A stretch of 64,000 nt of DNA, from assembly GCF_024521635.1 (NCBI RefSeq), contig NW_026250405.1, positions 682,001 to 746,000 on the forward strand, given 5' to 3'. The position numbers and the translations under genes were made by a program. The notes under the pieces are model-generated. The model saw nothing but the letters and a program-made list of their open reading frames with translations, was not told where the DNA came from and did not search any database. The stretch comes from Tricharina praecox (lineage: Eukaryota). The first letter of the stretch is position 1. Every line of letters begins with the position of its first letter. Positions 11,998-25,524 of this stretch are shown piece after piece.

Positions 11998-13333
11998 TAT
12001 GATCTCATCAGTTCCAATATGTATCTTTTTGGTGTTTTAGTGGGGGGCGACGGGACGAGCACGTGAAGGACTTTGTGAGTGAGAATCCAGACCCCCGTTC
12101 CAGGGGGAAAGTGTTAGAGGATGACCTTGAGGCGGTTTTGGGAGCCTTAGGAAAGGGAAGAAACCTCCGGACGACGGTTATCCGGTGGAGATTAAACTTT
12201 TCCTTCGTCTGAGAGACTTTGAGTTTATATTGCGGCGGTGGTGGTCCAGGGAGATACTCTTCTGTAGTCACGAAGAGCTATTGAAAGCCTGGGAGCTAGC
12301 ATTGTGTGATCATGTGATCTCCGTTTATCGTCAGAGTGCCACTGTACAGCAATTTTGCAAACAGAAAGTTCGAGTTTAGTGATTCGTTAGCATCCGATGT
12401 GTTCGTTCGAGGCTGGTTGAGACAAATCTGTACAAAGGCCGCAGCGAGACCGGTGCTCTTTCTCCGGTACTCTGTCATGTCACTAAGCCCGGTACTGGCT
12501 CGTATCTTGTTGAGCCGATCCCCACATAGAGCAGTCCTGAGAACGAATGGCATCCCGACAGCATTTCCCAGTGGGCTAGTACATCATCACATACGGGGGG
12601 TCGGAATCGGTGAGGCCTCGCCTATCAGTCGTCGGGTAGGCAACTCCACCTTGAATGATTCCTCATTCTTCTTGGTCCATTAGTTGGGGCAGAAGGGATC
12701 CTTGCGGGTATTAGACATCAGGAGGATGCGGGCGACAAACACCCTTGGTAGTTAACTGAGAGCAGAAGATAAGGTGCATGATGTTCCTCGAGTTGCTATG
12801 AAAGATTCTGTAGTCGCAAAGCCTGTGGAGGATGTTGGTACGGTAGCCATGTTCAGGAGGGTGTCCCAATCGGTGAAAGCGTTGGTCCTGGTATGGAGAG
12901 CAGTTAAGAACATGTTTCTCCAGAGTAACGAGTTAGAACATCCTTGTATGTAAAAGTTTACATCATACTTCTACATACCGCTCAAATACCTACCGCTCAA
13001 ATATCTACCGCTCAAATACCTACTCGACAGTGTGCAAGAGATGTTTAGGACTGCTGTTAGGTATTATGGACTCACGGAAATAGCATCGAGGGGTTGAGAC
13101 GACTTTCGGTTACCTCAAATTCCAAATTGAATCCACTCAACTCTCTGTCACCCGAGCACCGTCCAGCGTCTGCTAGTGAACCTTTAAGTCACGTGTCCGG
13201 TCACCGGCCCTATCCTATGTATCTTATCGTTAGCTTAGCTTACCCATCTTCAGCCGCCAACCTCCATTATCCCACGCAGCTTGAGCAAGCACCTTCAACC
13301 ACAGCACACCCTCACCTCCCTCCATCCCCAATC

Positions 13334-14954
13334 ATGTCGTCCGACCCAATAAATGCCTACTTCGAAGGCCGGGCAGCTGCAAACCATACCGTTGTTCATG
13401 GTACCTTTCTTCATCTGTTCTTTCTATGCCTGGGAAGGTCTTGTTAACCCCACTAGGCGCCCCACGTTTAGACCTTGAGACCTACATCGCGAACTACCAT
13501 GGTGCGACACCCTCGAACATCATCCCCATTGCTGGAAGCTGATGTATCTGATACTACAGGCCGTACGCAAATCAGCCGTCTGATCCATATCGCCACGCAC
13601 TCTGTCCCACTCTCGGTCGAAGCCGTGAAGATCGCCATCAAGCTCCTCAAGCAAGGTTCCGACGTCAAGTGCTACAGGCTTGCAGTCTCGTTCCTACAGA
13701 AGATCGCTCCGAACGATCCCGATGCGAAGCCGGATGAAGAATGGGCGGATAGGACTACACGTAAGGTTGCGGCCGAGACGGAAAAGATGGAGGCGGCGTT
13801 GAAGAGCTACAAGCATAACTTGATCAAAGAAAGCATCAGGGTATTTTTCAGCGCTCCGATCCCATGCTCTCTCTCTGTGAATGCGGCAACTGACGGGTTA
13901 TCTTTGCGCAGATGGGCCACGAAGACTTAGGCAATCACTACTACGCCTCGGGCGAGCTACCTAACGCGTTCAAGTCGTACAGCCGCATGCGCGACTTCTG
14001 TACGGCTCCCAAACACGTCCTCGACATGTCACTTCAGATCATCCGCGTTTGTGTTGAGCAGGGGAACTACATGTCGGTGCAGTCCCACGTTTCAAAGATC
14101 GGGAACCTTCAGAGGACGCCGGACGAGGAAGAGGAACTCAAACCGAAGCTTGCCGCCGCCATGGGACTGGCAAACCTCAGTAACAGCCACTACCTGGACG
14201 CTGCAAGATGCTTCCTCGATTGCCCGTCGACACTAGGTAATAGCTTCAACGAGGTTATCTCGGCCAACGATGTCGCAGTATACGGTGGTCTGTGCGCTCT
14301 AGCGTCTATGGACCGCAGCACCCTCAAAGCAGAGGTTCTTGACAACAGTAACTTTCGATCCTTCTTGGAGCTGGAACCGCAAATCCGTCATGCCATCTCA
14401 TACTTCTACACGGCAAAATACAGCAACTGTCTACAGATTCTAAACGAGTACAGGAATGACTACCTACTTGATATTCACCTTACGCGACACGTGAAGTGGC
14501 TCTACGATATCATCCAATCCAAGAGTATTGTACAATACTTTATCCCGTTTTCGTGCGTCACTTTGGCAAGCATGGCCGAAGCGTTCGATACCAATGAGAC
14601 TCAACTGGAGAAAGAGCTGGTGAGCATGATTGGCCAAGGAATCCTGGATGCTCGGATTGATACCAAAAACAGAGTACGTGGTTCTATGTTTCGTTCCCGG
14701 GGTCTTCTTACTAACAAACGAAGCTCCTCGTGGCGAAGGAAACGGACATGCGGGCGACGGTACACAAAGACACCCTTACGATGGCACGCAACTACGAACG
14801 GGCAGCACGGCTTAAGTTGGTGAGGGTGAACATGGTGCGCGCGGGGCTGGAAGTCAAAGGAGTGAAAGGACAGAATCACGCAGGAATGCCTTTCCAAGAG
14901 GGTGGCCGCGCTATCGGCAGTCGGCCGCCGGGCTTCTTAGAGAGATTCACATAG
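13334..14954 (+). CDS. CSN1: COP9 signalosome subunit 1; exons 13334-13400, 13457-13501, 13560-13840, 13912-14673, 14724-14954
   Basis: Hallmark motifs LDLETYIANYHGRT, LKSYKHNLIKESIRMGHEDLGNHYY, DVAVYGGLCALASMDR, FRSFLELEP, DYLLDIHL and the PCI-domain end LDARID. Canonical introns join the exons in frame. Confidence 0.93.
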
Positions 14955-15623
14955 GCTGGTCCGCGGGGTTTTCGGGCGTTTCGTTTTACTTGGAGGTTAA
15001 AAGGCTCATTTCATGATTGATGTTTCTGGTGTCGTGCTGTGTCATAACTTGCCTTTGCCACAATTTCTGGGTTGTTTTCATGAGGCATCTGCACTGTTTT
15101 TAATGTTGCATGAATGGAGAATTGGCTGGGTGACTATTGCAATTAAATCACTAACCGCGATTGACGCATTCTTGAGTGACGGTGTGATACCTGCGCTTCA
15201 GCGGTGATCCATTCCACAAAGGCAGTCTAGTGGATTGTTCTCGTATCATCCGGCTCTCCGCTGTGCGTTTACCTGGTAAAACTCCCTGCTCCTTGACTGT
15301 CGGTACGGCCCGGCGGCAGCTAGATAGATCGCCAAACTTACCGATCAACAGACCTTGATTCTCCAAGCTCTCTCACCCGAGAGTCAATATGCTCTGCAGA
15401 AGCCATCCAAAGTTGCCAGTTGATTGTGACTCCCCCCCTCCCTCCCCACAAATAGATTTGTGTTTTGTCATCATGCACCAAACAGACCATGACGCACTTG
15501 ACTGCAGCCCTGCTGCTCGCCTACTTCTTCACCTTTGTTATCAAGAGGTACAGAAGATACGTATTCTTAACCTCCTACATCTCCTGCAAACTCCTTCAAA
15601 TCGATTTTCTCTACACGACATAC

Positions 15624-17478
15624 ATGGACAACAAGCAACCAGCCAACCAACCAACGACCACAACCGCCATTAAGCCGCAGCCGGTACTCGCGACCCTCCC
15701 GTTCGACCTCCTCCACGCGGTAATCGCACACATCCCGGACGCGTCCTCCCTCGCCGCCCTCAGCCGCACCTGCCGGACGCTCCACCAGTTCGTCGCGCGC
15801 CAACACGGCTGGCAAATCTTCGTGCAGGCCCGGTTTCCGTCGATCTACGCCACGCTATCGCCGCCGGAAGATGTCGCTGCCGTCGCCGCCGTCGCCGCGG
15901 ACGCAAAGTTCTGGCAGAGACACGCGCAGGAGCTGACGCTGCTGTCGCACAACTTCGACCGTCGCGCGTTCGTCGCAGAGGTCCTGGATCCTGATGTGTT
16001 GATCCAGAAGCCGCTGAGGTTCTATGCCGCGAGGCATACTCGCGGGGATTGGAGGGGTGGCGCGGCTGCCCAGGGTGCGCACTGGAGGCCTGCCGCGCCA
16101 CAGTACCATCGCTGGGCAGCGGCTGTCCAGGTCAAGGACGGGAAGCAGAGTGTCGGGTATCATCCCGTGCTGCATGCTGTGGGCAACACCCTGGGTATGG
16201 GCGCCGGTCAGGATCTGCTGATTAGGCGCCGCGGAGGGGTCAAGGAGAAGTGGTGGGTGTATGCAGATGCGGCGCACGTGGCCGGCAAAGACGATATCAC
16301 GGCGATGCAGCTATTTTCGGATGCGGATTCGAACGGAGATGAGGCCAGAGCGCTGGTCGGAAGAGCTAACGGCACGATGTCGTGCATAAGGCTTTTGACG
16401 CCGGATGCGACGGCCGGTGGCGTGGGCTCCGTGGCGGTCGATATGTCCCTCAATACTAGGGGACAGCAGGTACGAAATGCGAGTATGCTCGGGGATTTGG
16501 TGTCAAGTGTGCTGGGAAATGATCTTGTTGCGCTGCATAGACTACCACCTGAAGGTGGTGGTGGGGGTGGCGGGAAGGTGATGGTGGATATCGCGAGCGA
16601 AATCACGACATGGTCGACTGAAGATCAACCATGGAGCACCCAGCTGCTCTCGCCAGGTTTGCTCGCGGTTGGGAAGAGCAGCGAGGATCCACTCGCTATT
16701 TACAGCATCACCCCGACCGGACTGACGCTCTTACGCAAGTACGATGCCTCGGGCTGTGTCGGCTGCCAGACATCCTCAGTGAATCCCATCGCGCCCTTCC
16801 CAGACATCAGAGCCAAATCAGATGTGTTCATCACGGGATGGTACACCGGTGCCACACTGTAGGTTTCCATCCTTTCCACCTCTCGGTTCCCGTGGATTAA
16901 CATTCCGCAGAGTCCACGACCTCCGTTCGCCAGACTTGCACGTAGCCGAGTTCTTCGACCCTATCGATAACTCCAAGATCTATTCCCTGCTACCGATCGG
17001 ACGCGAGAGGATCATCGCTGGCGGAGCCCGCCACAGTCTCCTAAAAGTGTTCGATATCCGCATGCCGGGCGGCCGCGCCTACAGCTCCCCGCTGCACCAC
17101 CCATCCTTCGACGCAAACAACAGCTCCGACGAGCGCACCCACGGCTGGGCAACCTACTTGCACAGCTCGACCGGCAACCGCTACACGCCGCACCGGAACA
17201 CCCGCAACGCTGTTATACGGGAATCGCCCGTGTACTCGCTCGCCTCGGGATCCCCTGGCGGTGGGGAGGTGCTTGCGGGTGTGGAGGGCGGGGTCTGGGA
17301 GTTCGATTTCGTCGGAAGGAAAGTGGGTACTGGCGAGAAGAGGGCGGGACGCAGGAACTGCGTCATGTATGAGTTTGAGAAGACGAGGATGTGGGTGCAG
17401 GGCCGTGAGGAGTTGATGGGTAGGGCGGGCATCATGAGGGCGACTGGCGCGTTGGATGGCCGCTGGGGACCGTTGTGA
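15624..17478 (+). CDS. F-box protein with WD40-like C-terminal region; exons 15624-16858, 16911-17478
   Basis: F-box LATLPFDLLHAVIAHIPDASSLAALSRTCRTLH; WD-like segments HDLRSP, IYSLLPIG, GGARHSLLKVFDIR, ESPVYSLAS; intron GTAGGT..TTAAC..CAG in frame. Confidence 0.85.
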
Positions 17479-18963
17479 AGGCGCCGGAGCATGGGGGTAG
17501 AATCGTTTTGGTCGTTACGGGGTTGCTACAGTATTTGCACTTGTGGGATTAAGTATTGGCGGTTTTCGAAAATACAAAAGGTGGGATAGTGTGAGTCATG
17601 GCGCATGATGTTGCGGGTTAGCTACAGAAAAGAATTCATGGACAATTTTACTTTTACATCCTGCTTTCTTTCTCTCAATATCCCCGTCTCTGAACGTTCA
17701 CGTCTAGTCGGCAGTCACGGCGAGCAATGTGAAGGACAGTATAGTAAATCCCTTCAACCAACGAGCAGGATACGCAGAATGAACGACGTATTATCGAATA
17801 TCAATTCCACCATATGTCACTCGTTATTTACTCTCTAGCAATGATCGGAGCCCGCCGTAGAAGGAGCCATGTAAGGAACGAGCCAAGCTGCAAGCTACGA
17901 GCTCAAATACTATCCTATGGATCGTACCGCGCTAGAGTTCCAAATCGTCTCAGAAATGGCCACTCCTCCACCCACCCAGTCGCACCACCAACACTCCAGA
18001 TTAGGACTATAACTATATAGTTGTTCTTTAGATACCATAAAGGGTTTCAATTATCTCATGGTGGTTGTGAGGATGGTTTAAGGCCCACTTTCCACACAGA
18101 AGTGCAAATTCGCGTGATTTTCACAGCTTTTCACGACCATACTGCCCCCCCCCCCCACCACCACATGAAATCCTGCCCTCAACCCCTAGGATTCAGAAAA
18201 TATGATGCAGTCGTTCTTGAAATTGCTGTGACGTAGCGACAACCCCCAGACCTTGCGCGATCGTTGGATTTTGGGCGCAAATATCGACATTTTCACTGAA
18301 CGGAACGGTAAATTTGAGTGATCCCGTGTGATTGTCAGATTCCGGCCGGCGGACAGTAGACATCTGGGGGCTTTGCTTTCCCGAATCTTTTCCCGAATCA
18401 CGGGGGGTTACTCGAGTAGGTACTAGTTACTGGTTATTGCGAAGGACATCGACATGCGTCGAAGGCTGCCGATGATTACTATAGCTACATAGATAAAGTG
18501 GGTGAACCGTAGTACCGTACCGTACCGTACCGGCGTATCGTGTGTGCCTATGTAACTACGTACCTACCTGCCTGTATACGGGCGTCGGGGGCGTGCAAAT
18601 TTGGTACCTACCTAGCTACAATTCGCGATCGCGACGAGTAACTTGCAAGAACTATCGGTCCTCGGAAGCCTTGCTCGGCCGGTATGTACTGAGGCCACAG
18701 CTACGGCAGCCGCTACTAGGCACTCTAGTATGTACATACCGTGTCGTGCCGTGCCAGTGCGGTGAGAGCGGCGAGTGACAGGTTGCAGACCGGCGGTGAG
18801 ACCGGCGGTACTCTGCATACTAACAGCAGCAGTAGTGTGTAATCAACACCACACAAGCCCCCCCCCCCCACTAGGTCCACTAGATCCACCAGATCTACGC
18901 CCTAGGGTACAAGGAATGCGTAGTCGCCGAGATATACGTTAACGTCGTAAAATGGGCTGCAGA

Positions 18964-19090
18964 ATGTAGTCCACGATGTCGCAAAACGCGCTGCAGAATG
19001 TAGTCCACGGTGTCGGAAAATGTAGTCCACGGTGTCGCAAAATGCAGCCCACGGTGTCGCAAAATGGGATTCCACGATGTCGCAAAATGG
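18964..19090. repeat. Minisatellite, ~21-bp unit ATGTAGTCCACGRTGTCGCAAA, about 5 copies
   Basis: Direct imperfect repeats visible in the sequence. Confidence 0.75.
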
Positions 19091-19470
19091 GCTGGTGTAT
19101 AATGCGTTCTTTTGGGTAATTTGCAGTGTTATCAAATGTGTTGCATTAATCTATAATACTAAATACTCCATATGTGCCTTGTCCCCCTATGCCTTCCTAC
19201 AGTTGCCTCGCTGCATACCGCACTCTCCCCGCCGCTGATAGCAGACTCTCCCATCATGGATACCATACCCCACCCGTCTCGGCAGATAGCACATTTCCGC
19301 TGGTGCCGTAGTCATCCATGTCCCTGTTCTTGCTGTCCTGCGCTGGCTGTCAACCTTTGGTCTTCCCACACTCTTCCAGCCGGGGACACTACACAACTCC
19401 TTCTCGCCGGGGGTTGTACACTGTTGTGGCGGAGTGGTGATGGAGCTGTAGGCGAGAGGAGAAAGTGGGG

Positions 19471-19582
19471 GAGGAGCTGTCTGTGAGAGGAGGAGCTGTC
19501 TGTGAGAGGAGGAGCTGTCTGTGAGAGGAGGAGCTGTCTGTGAGAGGAGGAGCTGTCTGTGAGAGGAGCTGTCAGCGAGAGG
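19471..19582. repeat. 19-bp tandem repeat GAGGAGCTGTCTGTGAGAG x5 plus a partial unit
   Basis: Perfect tandem copies at 19471-19565. Confidence 0.9.
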
Positions 19583-20549
19583 AAACGAATGTGGTAGTAG
19601 TGGGCATCAACTTTGGTGGGCATGGCCGGGTTGACCAAATGAGGAGGGGGACCTAAGTCGGCACCCAAAGATTCTCTTCTTCTTGATCATCATCTATCTA
19701 ATAGACGGCCAACCTCCCATCTCTGGTCTCTCTTGTGTGTGTGCTCTCTCCACTGTCACCTGTGTGTGCTCCCCATCCTCGTCACGCCGGTCGACCTGGA
19801 GAAGAATCAGCAAAAGATATTGATGCCAATGGATGTATTGACGCTCATGTAAAGACAGTGTATGATACAGAAGTAAAATAGAGAGTGTACTATGTACAAA
19901 AGGACACGGTGTGATAACGAGCTTAACTTCTTGGTGACGAGGCCACAAACTTAGCGACGGTGGCCTACCGCCGCCGGTGCTTCAACAAAAGAGCCCTCGC
20001 AAGACTAAATAACCTAATATCCTCGCCATGGATCTGTTGCTCTCGTTGAAATGGGTACTATGTAGAGAGGGATGAGGTAGAGGTTGATCGTCTATTCTGT
20101 AGATGATGATGATGCTGAGAGAGAGAGGAGGTGTCAAACTTTGGATGCCTAGAGATGTTGGCACAAATACGGTCTGGTGGACGCGCATATGGTTGCGCGG
20201 CGGGCGGTCGAAGGATCTCTAAACCTATACACTACTCACAGCCGGAAATTTAGGTTCTCCCCCCCCCCCCCCCTCTACCTTCTCGCCCTTTGAATAGTTA
20301 CTCATGAACGAGGCTTCTTCAATGTCCTCACATAGGAGAAGGAGTGCCGATGCGTATACCTACTCTACAGCGGCGCCGAGAGGAGACCAGACTACGGCAG
20401 TTTACCTAGGTAGACAGGAGTACTCCAACATCACCGTGATGCGCATCGCGAAGGCCAAAATCATCGCGCTGTCGACATAAACTTCAATAGACTGTTGAGG
20501 TTGGGTTTTTATTCGAGTCTCGCAGGTTTACTTGGTCATTCCTACTCGG

Positions 20550-20628
20550 TGACTGGAGTCATTCCTGCTAATTGACTAAAGTCATTCCTTCAATGACTAG
20601 AGTCATTCGTGATCATTGATTAGAGTCA
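20550..20628. repeat. Array of four palindromic TGAYTnnAGTCA motifs at 21-23 bp spacing
   Basis: Motifs start at 20550, 20573, 20594 and 20617. Confidence 0.75.
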
Positions 20629-22097
20629 TACCCTCAATGACTCCAACTACTTCGGTTGATTGACTCTTCCAATGCTTTCCGGATGACACTTGTACGTAAA
20701 AAGACCAATACAAAAGCTTTCCTTTGGTCCGGCACTGCACCAATAGTCGTAACCACCACAGGCCCAATTTTTGGCGTGGTGAATGGTCACGAATTATGGT
20801 GTGGCGCCGTACGAATTACACTCCTGCCCGGCCGAGGTTTTTTGTCCCCCCTCAGTATGTCACCTGCGAGTAAAGCTTTGGCAGAATTCACGCATTTACT
20901 AGCAACAACGCAATTATCACAGTGCGTATCTGTCAAAAACCGATGTGCAACGCATTTTGCGACAATCCGGGTGCAATAAATGCGTGATTAGCGCATTGCT
21001 TGTACCCTAGGGACGCAGCGGTGTAAATCATGCCGAATTCGGCGTATGTATGTACAATATCTACATACAAACGAAAGGACTCAGAGATGATTCAACCAAG
21101 CCAGCAAGTCCTTACCTCTTACTTACATACATCCTACTTATTTATACTAGTAGTAGTTAGTGCAGTGCAGTGCACTCACCCGCCCGGCGCCCGCTTCTTG
21201 TGTGCTAGCCTATTGTAGCGGGCACTAGTCATCACTCGCGACTCGCACCAGGCGCCCAGGTATGTATGATATGAGGTATGTAGGATGTATGTAGGATGTA
21301 TGTATGTACCGGAAGACGCTCTCCCGCCGCCCAGCTAGCCAAACCGACCGGCGGACCGACCGACCAATCAAGGGATAGGTATTCTGACTGATAGCCATGG
21401 CCACTCACCCTACCCTAGCCGGCCAACCGGCCGTAGTTACATGTCATGCTCTAAGTAACTACGGTAAATGAAACCGCGCAGGAAAAGTCGTCGTCGTCGG
21501 CGGGCTCGGCAACGGCAATGTCAGTGCAGCACACAGTACACTGCACACGCAAGGCGCGTGTACGTTTAAGCAGGCAAGCAGGCAGTGACCCAGTAGATAG
21601 ATACATCTTACAGTCATACGCAGGTAACCGTGTAAGGAGCTTCCAGGACATCCTTGAGTGTGCAGAACGCCCAGCGGAGTTTGAACTTTGAGCCTGACGG
21701 CGCAGCGGCAGCGGCAGCGTATGGCATAGGTGGAAAATGAAGCGAAGGGAGCGAGGTAGAGTATCATACCTAACTCTCCAAAATGCGGCGATACTCCACC
21801 TAGATGAATAGAAAAAGGAAGCAAAGGGAAAGCGGGAGGAAGACGCGAGCGAGTGGGGTGCAGGCCCCAGGGAGCTCGAGGGACTTCGACAGGCCACAAG
21901 TGCCGTGAAAAGGGAAGGGAGGGGGGAGGAGAGGCTTGCGGCCTAACGGAGCTGGGCTGAGCTGGTGTGAAGCGGTAAGCAGGCAGGCAGGTTGGCAGGT
22001 AGTTAAGAAAGATCCAGAAACCGCCGACGGGTACGGTGCTGCTGCTGCGGCGGCGGCGGTGGTGTTGTGCAGCCGGCTGTCTCTTTGGGGTGCAATA

Positions 22098-22151
22098 CCG
22101 CTGCTACCGCTGCTACCGCTGCTACCGCTGCTACCGCTGCTACCGCTGCTA
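22098..22151. repeat. 9-bp tandem repeat (CCGCTGCTA) x6
   Basis: Direct reading of the sequence. Confidence 0.85.
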
Positions 22152-24947
22152 CATACTGCTCCTGCTACTGGTGTTCACTGGCTCACGAGCAGGTAACTAC
22201 ATCTTACCTACATAGGCGGAGAACACCGTTCGATGCGTCTCAAGTTTCCACCTACCGTTTTCTGTGCCAGGCAGGTGAAACATGCGCCAGCACTCGGCAC
22301 ATCTTTGCACCCACCCACCCACCCACCCACCCACCCGAACTGTTTTTAAAAACCAAACGCGGCAGATGGATCATGGATCAGCCATAGTTAGCCATAGTCT
22401 TAAGTTACTTACTTAGTTAACCAAGGCTCCTCGGAATCGGACTATGTTTGTGCGAGACTGCGAGGGCAGGGGCAACCCTCTGGAACGTAACAGCAGAAGG
22501 CCTCACATACCCACTCTACAACTCCGATCCGAAGCCGTAGCCTCGGAGTTGTGCCGGCGCAGGAGAAAGCGCGCGTATGTAGGTATGTAGGTATGTATGT
22601 AGCCTCGGAGGATTTCGCGATCGTCACCGGGGGATCGCGGTGAGCACTCTACTCTACCTACATACACACATCCATCTATAGGTGGCAAAAAACGAGTTAC
22701 ATACGAAGCAGAGTCGTCGTCGTCTAACGGCCCCCAAAGCCCCCCAATATCTAATGGAAGGTTGAGCGTTTTTCGCGAACCGGTCAATGTATTGCCTCCC
22801 TGGGTATGTCGCCTGTCGTTTGCATGAGATGCGATGCTTATTTCCCCGGGCACCGGCTTTTCTAATGATCATGATCACCGCCGCCGTTGAAAGTCCGGGC
22901 AAATGGATCATCCCGCAGGAGAGTCGCAGGAGAGTCGCAGAGTCGCAGGCATGTAATAAAAAAAACCCCTCTCATGGATCTCGAAGCCCTTTCGATTCGG
23001 ACGGGCTGCAGATGGCGGAGAGGAGATGGGGGCGGCCGCGGCGGAGAGGGGCGGTCCCGTCCGTCCGTCCGTCCGCTGTCGTCCGTCCGCTGTCGTCCGT
23101 CCGTCCGTCCTCTGTCGTCCTGCCGTCCGTCGGAAGGTTCAGATCGCATCGACCGTATGATGTAGGTATAGTATAGTTGTTGTATGCGTTGGAGAAGGAA
23201 AAAAGGAAAATTCGCTGTCACATCAAACCCAACCCAGCGTCGTCTTTGTCGCCCGCCGCCCGTCGTCGTCATCATCCCGATCGATTCGATTCGATTCTCA
23301 CCGGTAACTTCATACCTAGATGCGGTACCGTAACCACATAACGATAGATACCCTATTCGAGACCCGCCCCCCGCCCCCCTTCCCCCCACAATTCCCACGT
23401 TTCCGCCACGTTTTTATTTGATCCAACTACATACTGGCGCGAAGTGGATTGGGAAAACGGAGTTCGGAAAGGTAGATATGTATGTAGGTCTACTACTGCT
23501 TACTCTAGGTATAGTTAGTAGCGTCCGGTTGTCCGACCTTACCGAGAGCCCTATGGGGCCGACATCGAGTTCCGGACTCTGGACTTCGCCCAGCGCTGGG
23601 CTGGTAGAGTAGCATCCATGACTACCTATGTGGGTTGCGCATAATACTGGGTACTCCCAAAACTTAACCGCTGCTGGAGCGCTTACGTGCTTAGTTAGGC
23701 CCCACATCTAGTGGGGTGAAGGGGGAGGGGCCGGATGGTGGATGTGGATTACGGATTGTGATTGTGGAGTGCGAACCGTTGGCTTCGTCTGGTTGGCCGG
23801 GCTTACACGGTGCATCACTCACAGCCATCCACCACCACCACTATCAACCGAGCACGGGCTTCGATGTGAGCTTCTGTTTCTGCATCTGCATCTGCATCTG
23901 GCTGTTCCATCTCCCCCCCAGTCAACGCGCGCTTATCCGAAAATGAGCAACCGTTAGAGAGTCCGAGTGCACATCCTGACTCGGTCTGAGGCTCCCCGTT
24001 GTGTATCCAGAGTACCTATCTAGAGTAGAGGGTGTCGAGAACACGACATCACATCACGGAGGAGCCGTGTTTGCAATGCAACCGTGCGCCTGCGTGGAAC
24101 CTGCAACCGACTGTCGCAGTGTCGCCGCCACCAACATCACCATCACCACCAACAACGACACACGGGGCACCCACCAGCTCAGCTCGGGGAGCTCAGCTAT
24201 CGATGATCAACAATCAACAACGGCGAACACGACACGATACGAGCCTTGCCAAGCATGGCAAGGGCAAGGGCAAGGACATGGCGAGAATCAGCGACCTATT
24301 TCGGACACGCAACACCGTCTCCGCGATCAGATCCAATCAGGCATAGATATCAAGTTTCGGGCATCAGCGGTCGAAGAAAATCCGTCGAATGATGATGAAT
24401 CCCAGGAGCCGGTAGGTACCCTCTAGGTAGAGTAGAGTACGGTACGGTATGTGCGGTATGTAGCAAAAAGGTTTGGTCACAAAATTCGCTAGGCAGGCAG
24501 GCAAGTATGTAGAGTGGTAGAGTAAGTTGCCTCATGAGCGCAGGCAGAGGAGAGCAGAGCTGTGCAGAGTATTGGCTTCGCTAGATATCGGCGCTTCGAG
24601 ACTAGCTCATTATGCACGAACGTTGACAACGGTGGTGGAGGGGGTCGCACAGAGCAGCAGATGTCAATAATTATCAGCGACCCGCCGGGGAAGGGGGGGG
24701 GAGGGTGGGCGTGGTATGGAAACCTGACGTGTGCAGGCGGAAGCTCCATTCAGCATCGATTATTTGATCCCCCCCTGGCCTGTAGTCTGAGCCCCGGATT
24801 TGAGGTGATCCATGAGCCGAACCTACAGGGCTTTACTAGGTGCTTAAGTCAGTTAGTTAGTGAGCTCCGGAAGCGCCATTTCAGCTCCCCTCCAGCAGCT
24901 GCCGACAGGAAAGAACGAAAGAAAAAGAAAGAAAAAAAGGGTGCCTA

Positions 24948-25524
24948 TGGTTGGGGACGCCTATAACCGGAGTAAAATGCGACATTCATTTCGCTGACAA
25001 ATCACGAGTGAGTAAGTGTGTCTACGCCAAAATGAGGGTCAAGAAGTGCGGCGCAGGCAATTTTTCGAATACAGAGCAAGTAATTCTCGTAATTGTGAAG
25101 ATTTTTGGGCCGTATGGCCCCATTTTTGACCTATTTGCGTGTGTCCTGAGGAGGTCCAAGTCGAACAGCACTCATGCGCGAGCTCAGTTGGGGTGAGCAA
25201 GGATCAATCGGCGCCAAGGCCTGGATTAAGGTTCAATATCTGTCACTCGTATTGTCGCTTGAAGAAAATAAAAGAGCGCTAGAGCCTTAATGCATGCTAT
25301 CATTTGCGACATTCCAAAATCCTCCCCATACAAATCAGTTTTTTTCAACCCGCTTAAATTAATTCACCACGCTTTTCATTTTTATTTTACTTCTATAGCG
25401 ACCTACTATAACCCTTTCTCTATCGTGCTATAGAGCTCTTTTAATTTTACTGGGTGTTGTGGTTGAGTTAAACCGAGGGTGGAGTTGGGCATTTTTTCAC
25501 TCCTATTTTAGGCGTCCCCAACCA
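24948..25524. mobile_element. Non-autonomous TIR element (MITE-like, Tc1/mariner-type ends), 577 bp
   Basis: TA|TGGTTGGGGACGCCTA ... TAGGCGTCCCCAACCA|TA: perfect 16-bp TIRs with imperfect extension, TA on both sides, an AT-rich interior and no long ORF. Confidence 0.8.

Noticed and set aside
12300..12920. Possible decayed gene or TE fragment upstream of CSN1
   Set aside because: No recognisable motif in the frames examined.
18226..18402. TGTGAC...ATCACG as a solo LTR
   Set aside because: The ends are imperfect, there is no target-site duplication, and no second copy occurs in the window.
18964..20628. Repeat arrays as possible CRISPR
   Set aside because: Eukaryotic context, tandem units without unique 30-40 nt spacers, and no cas genes.
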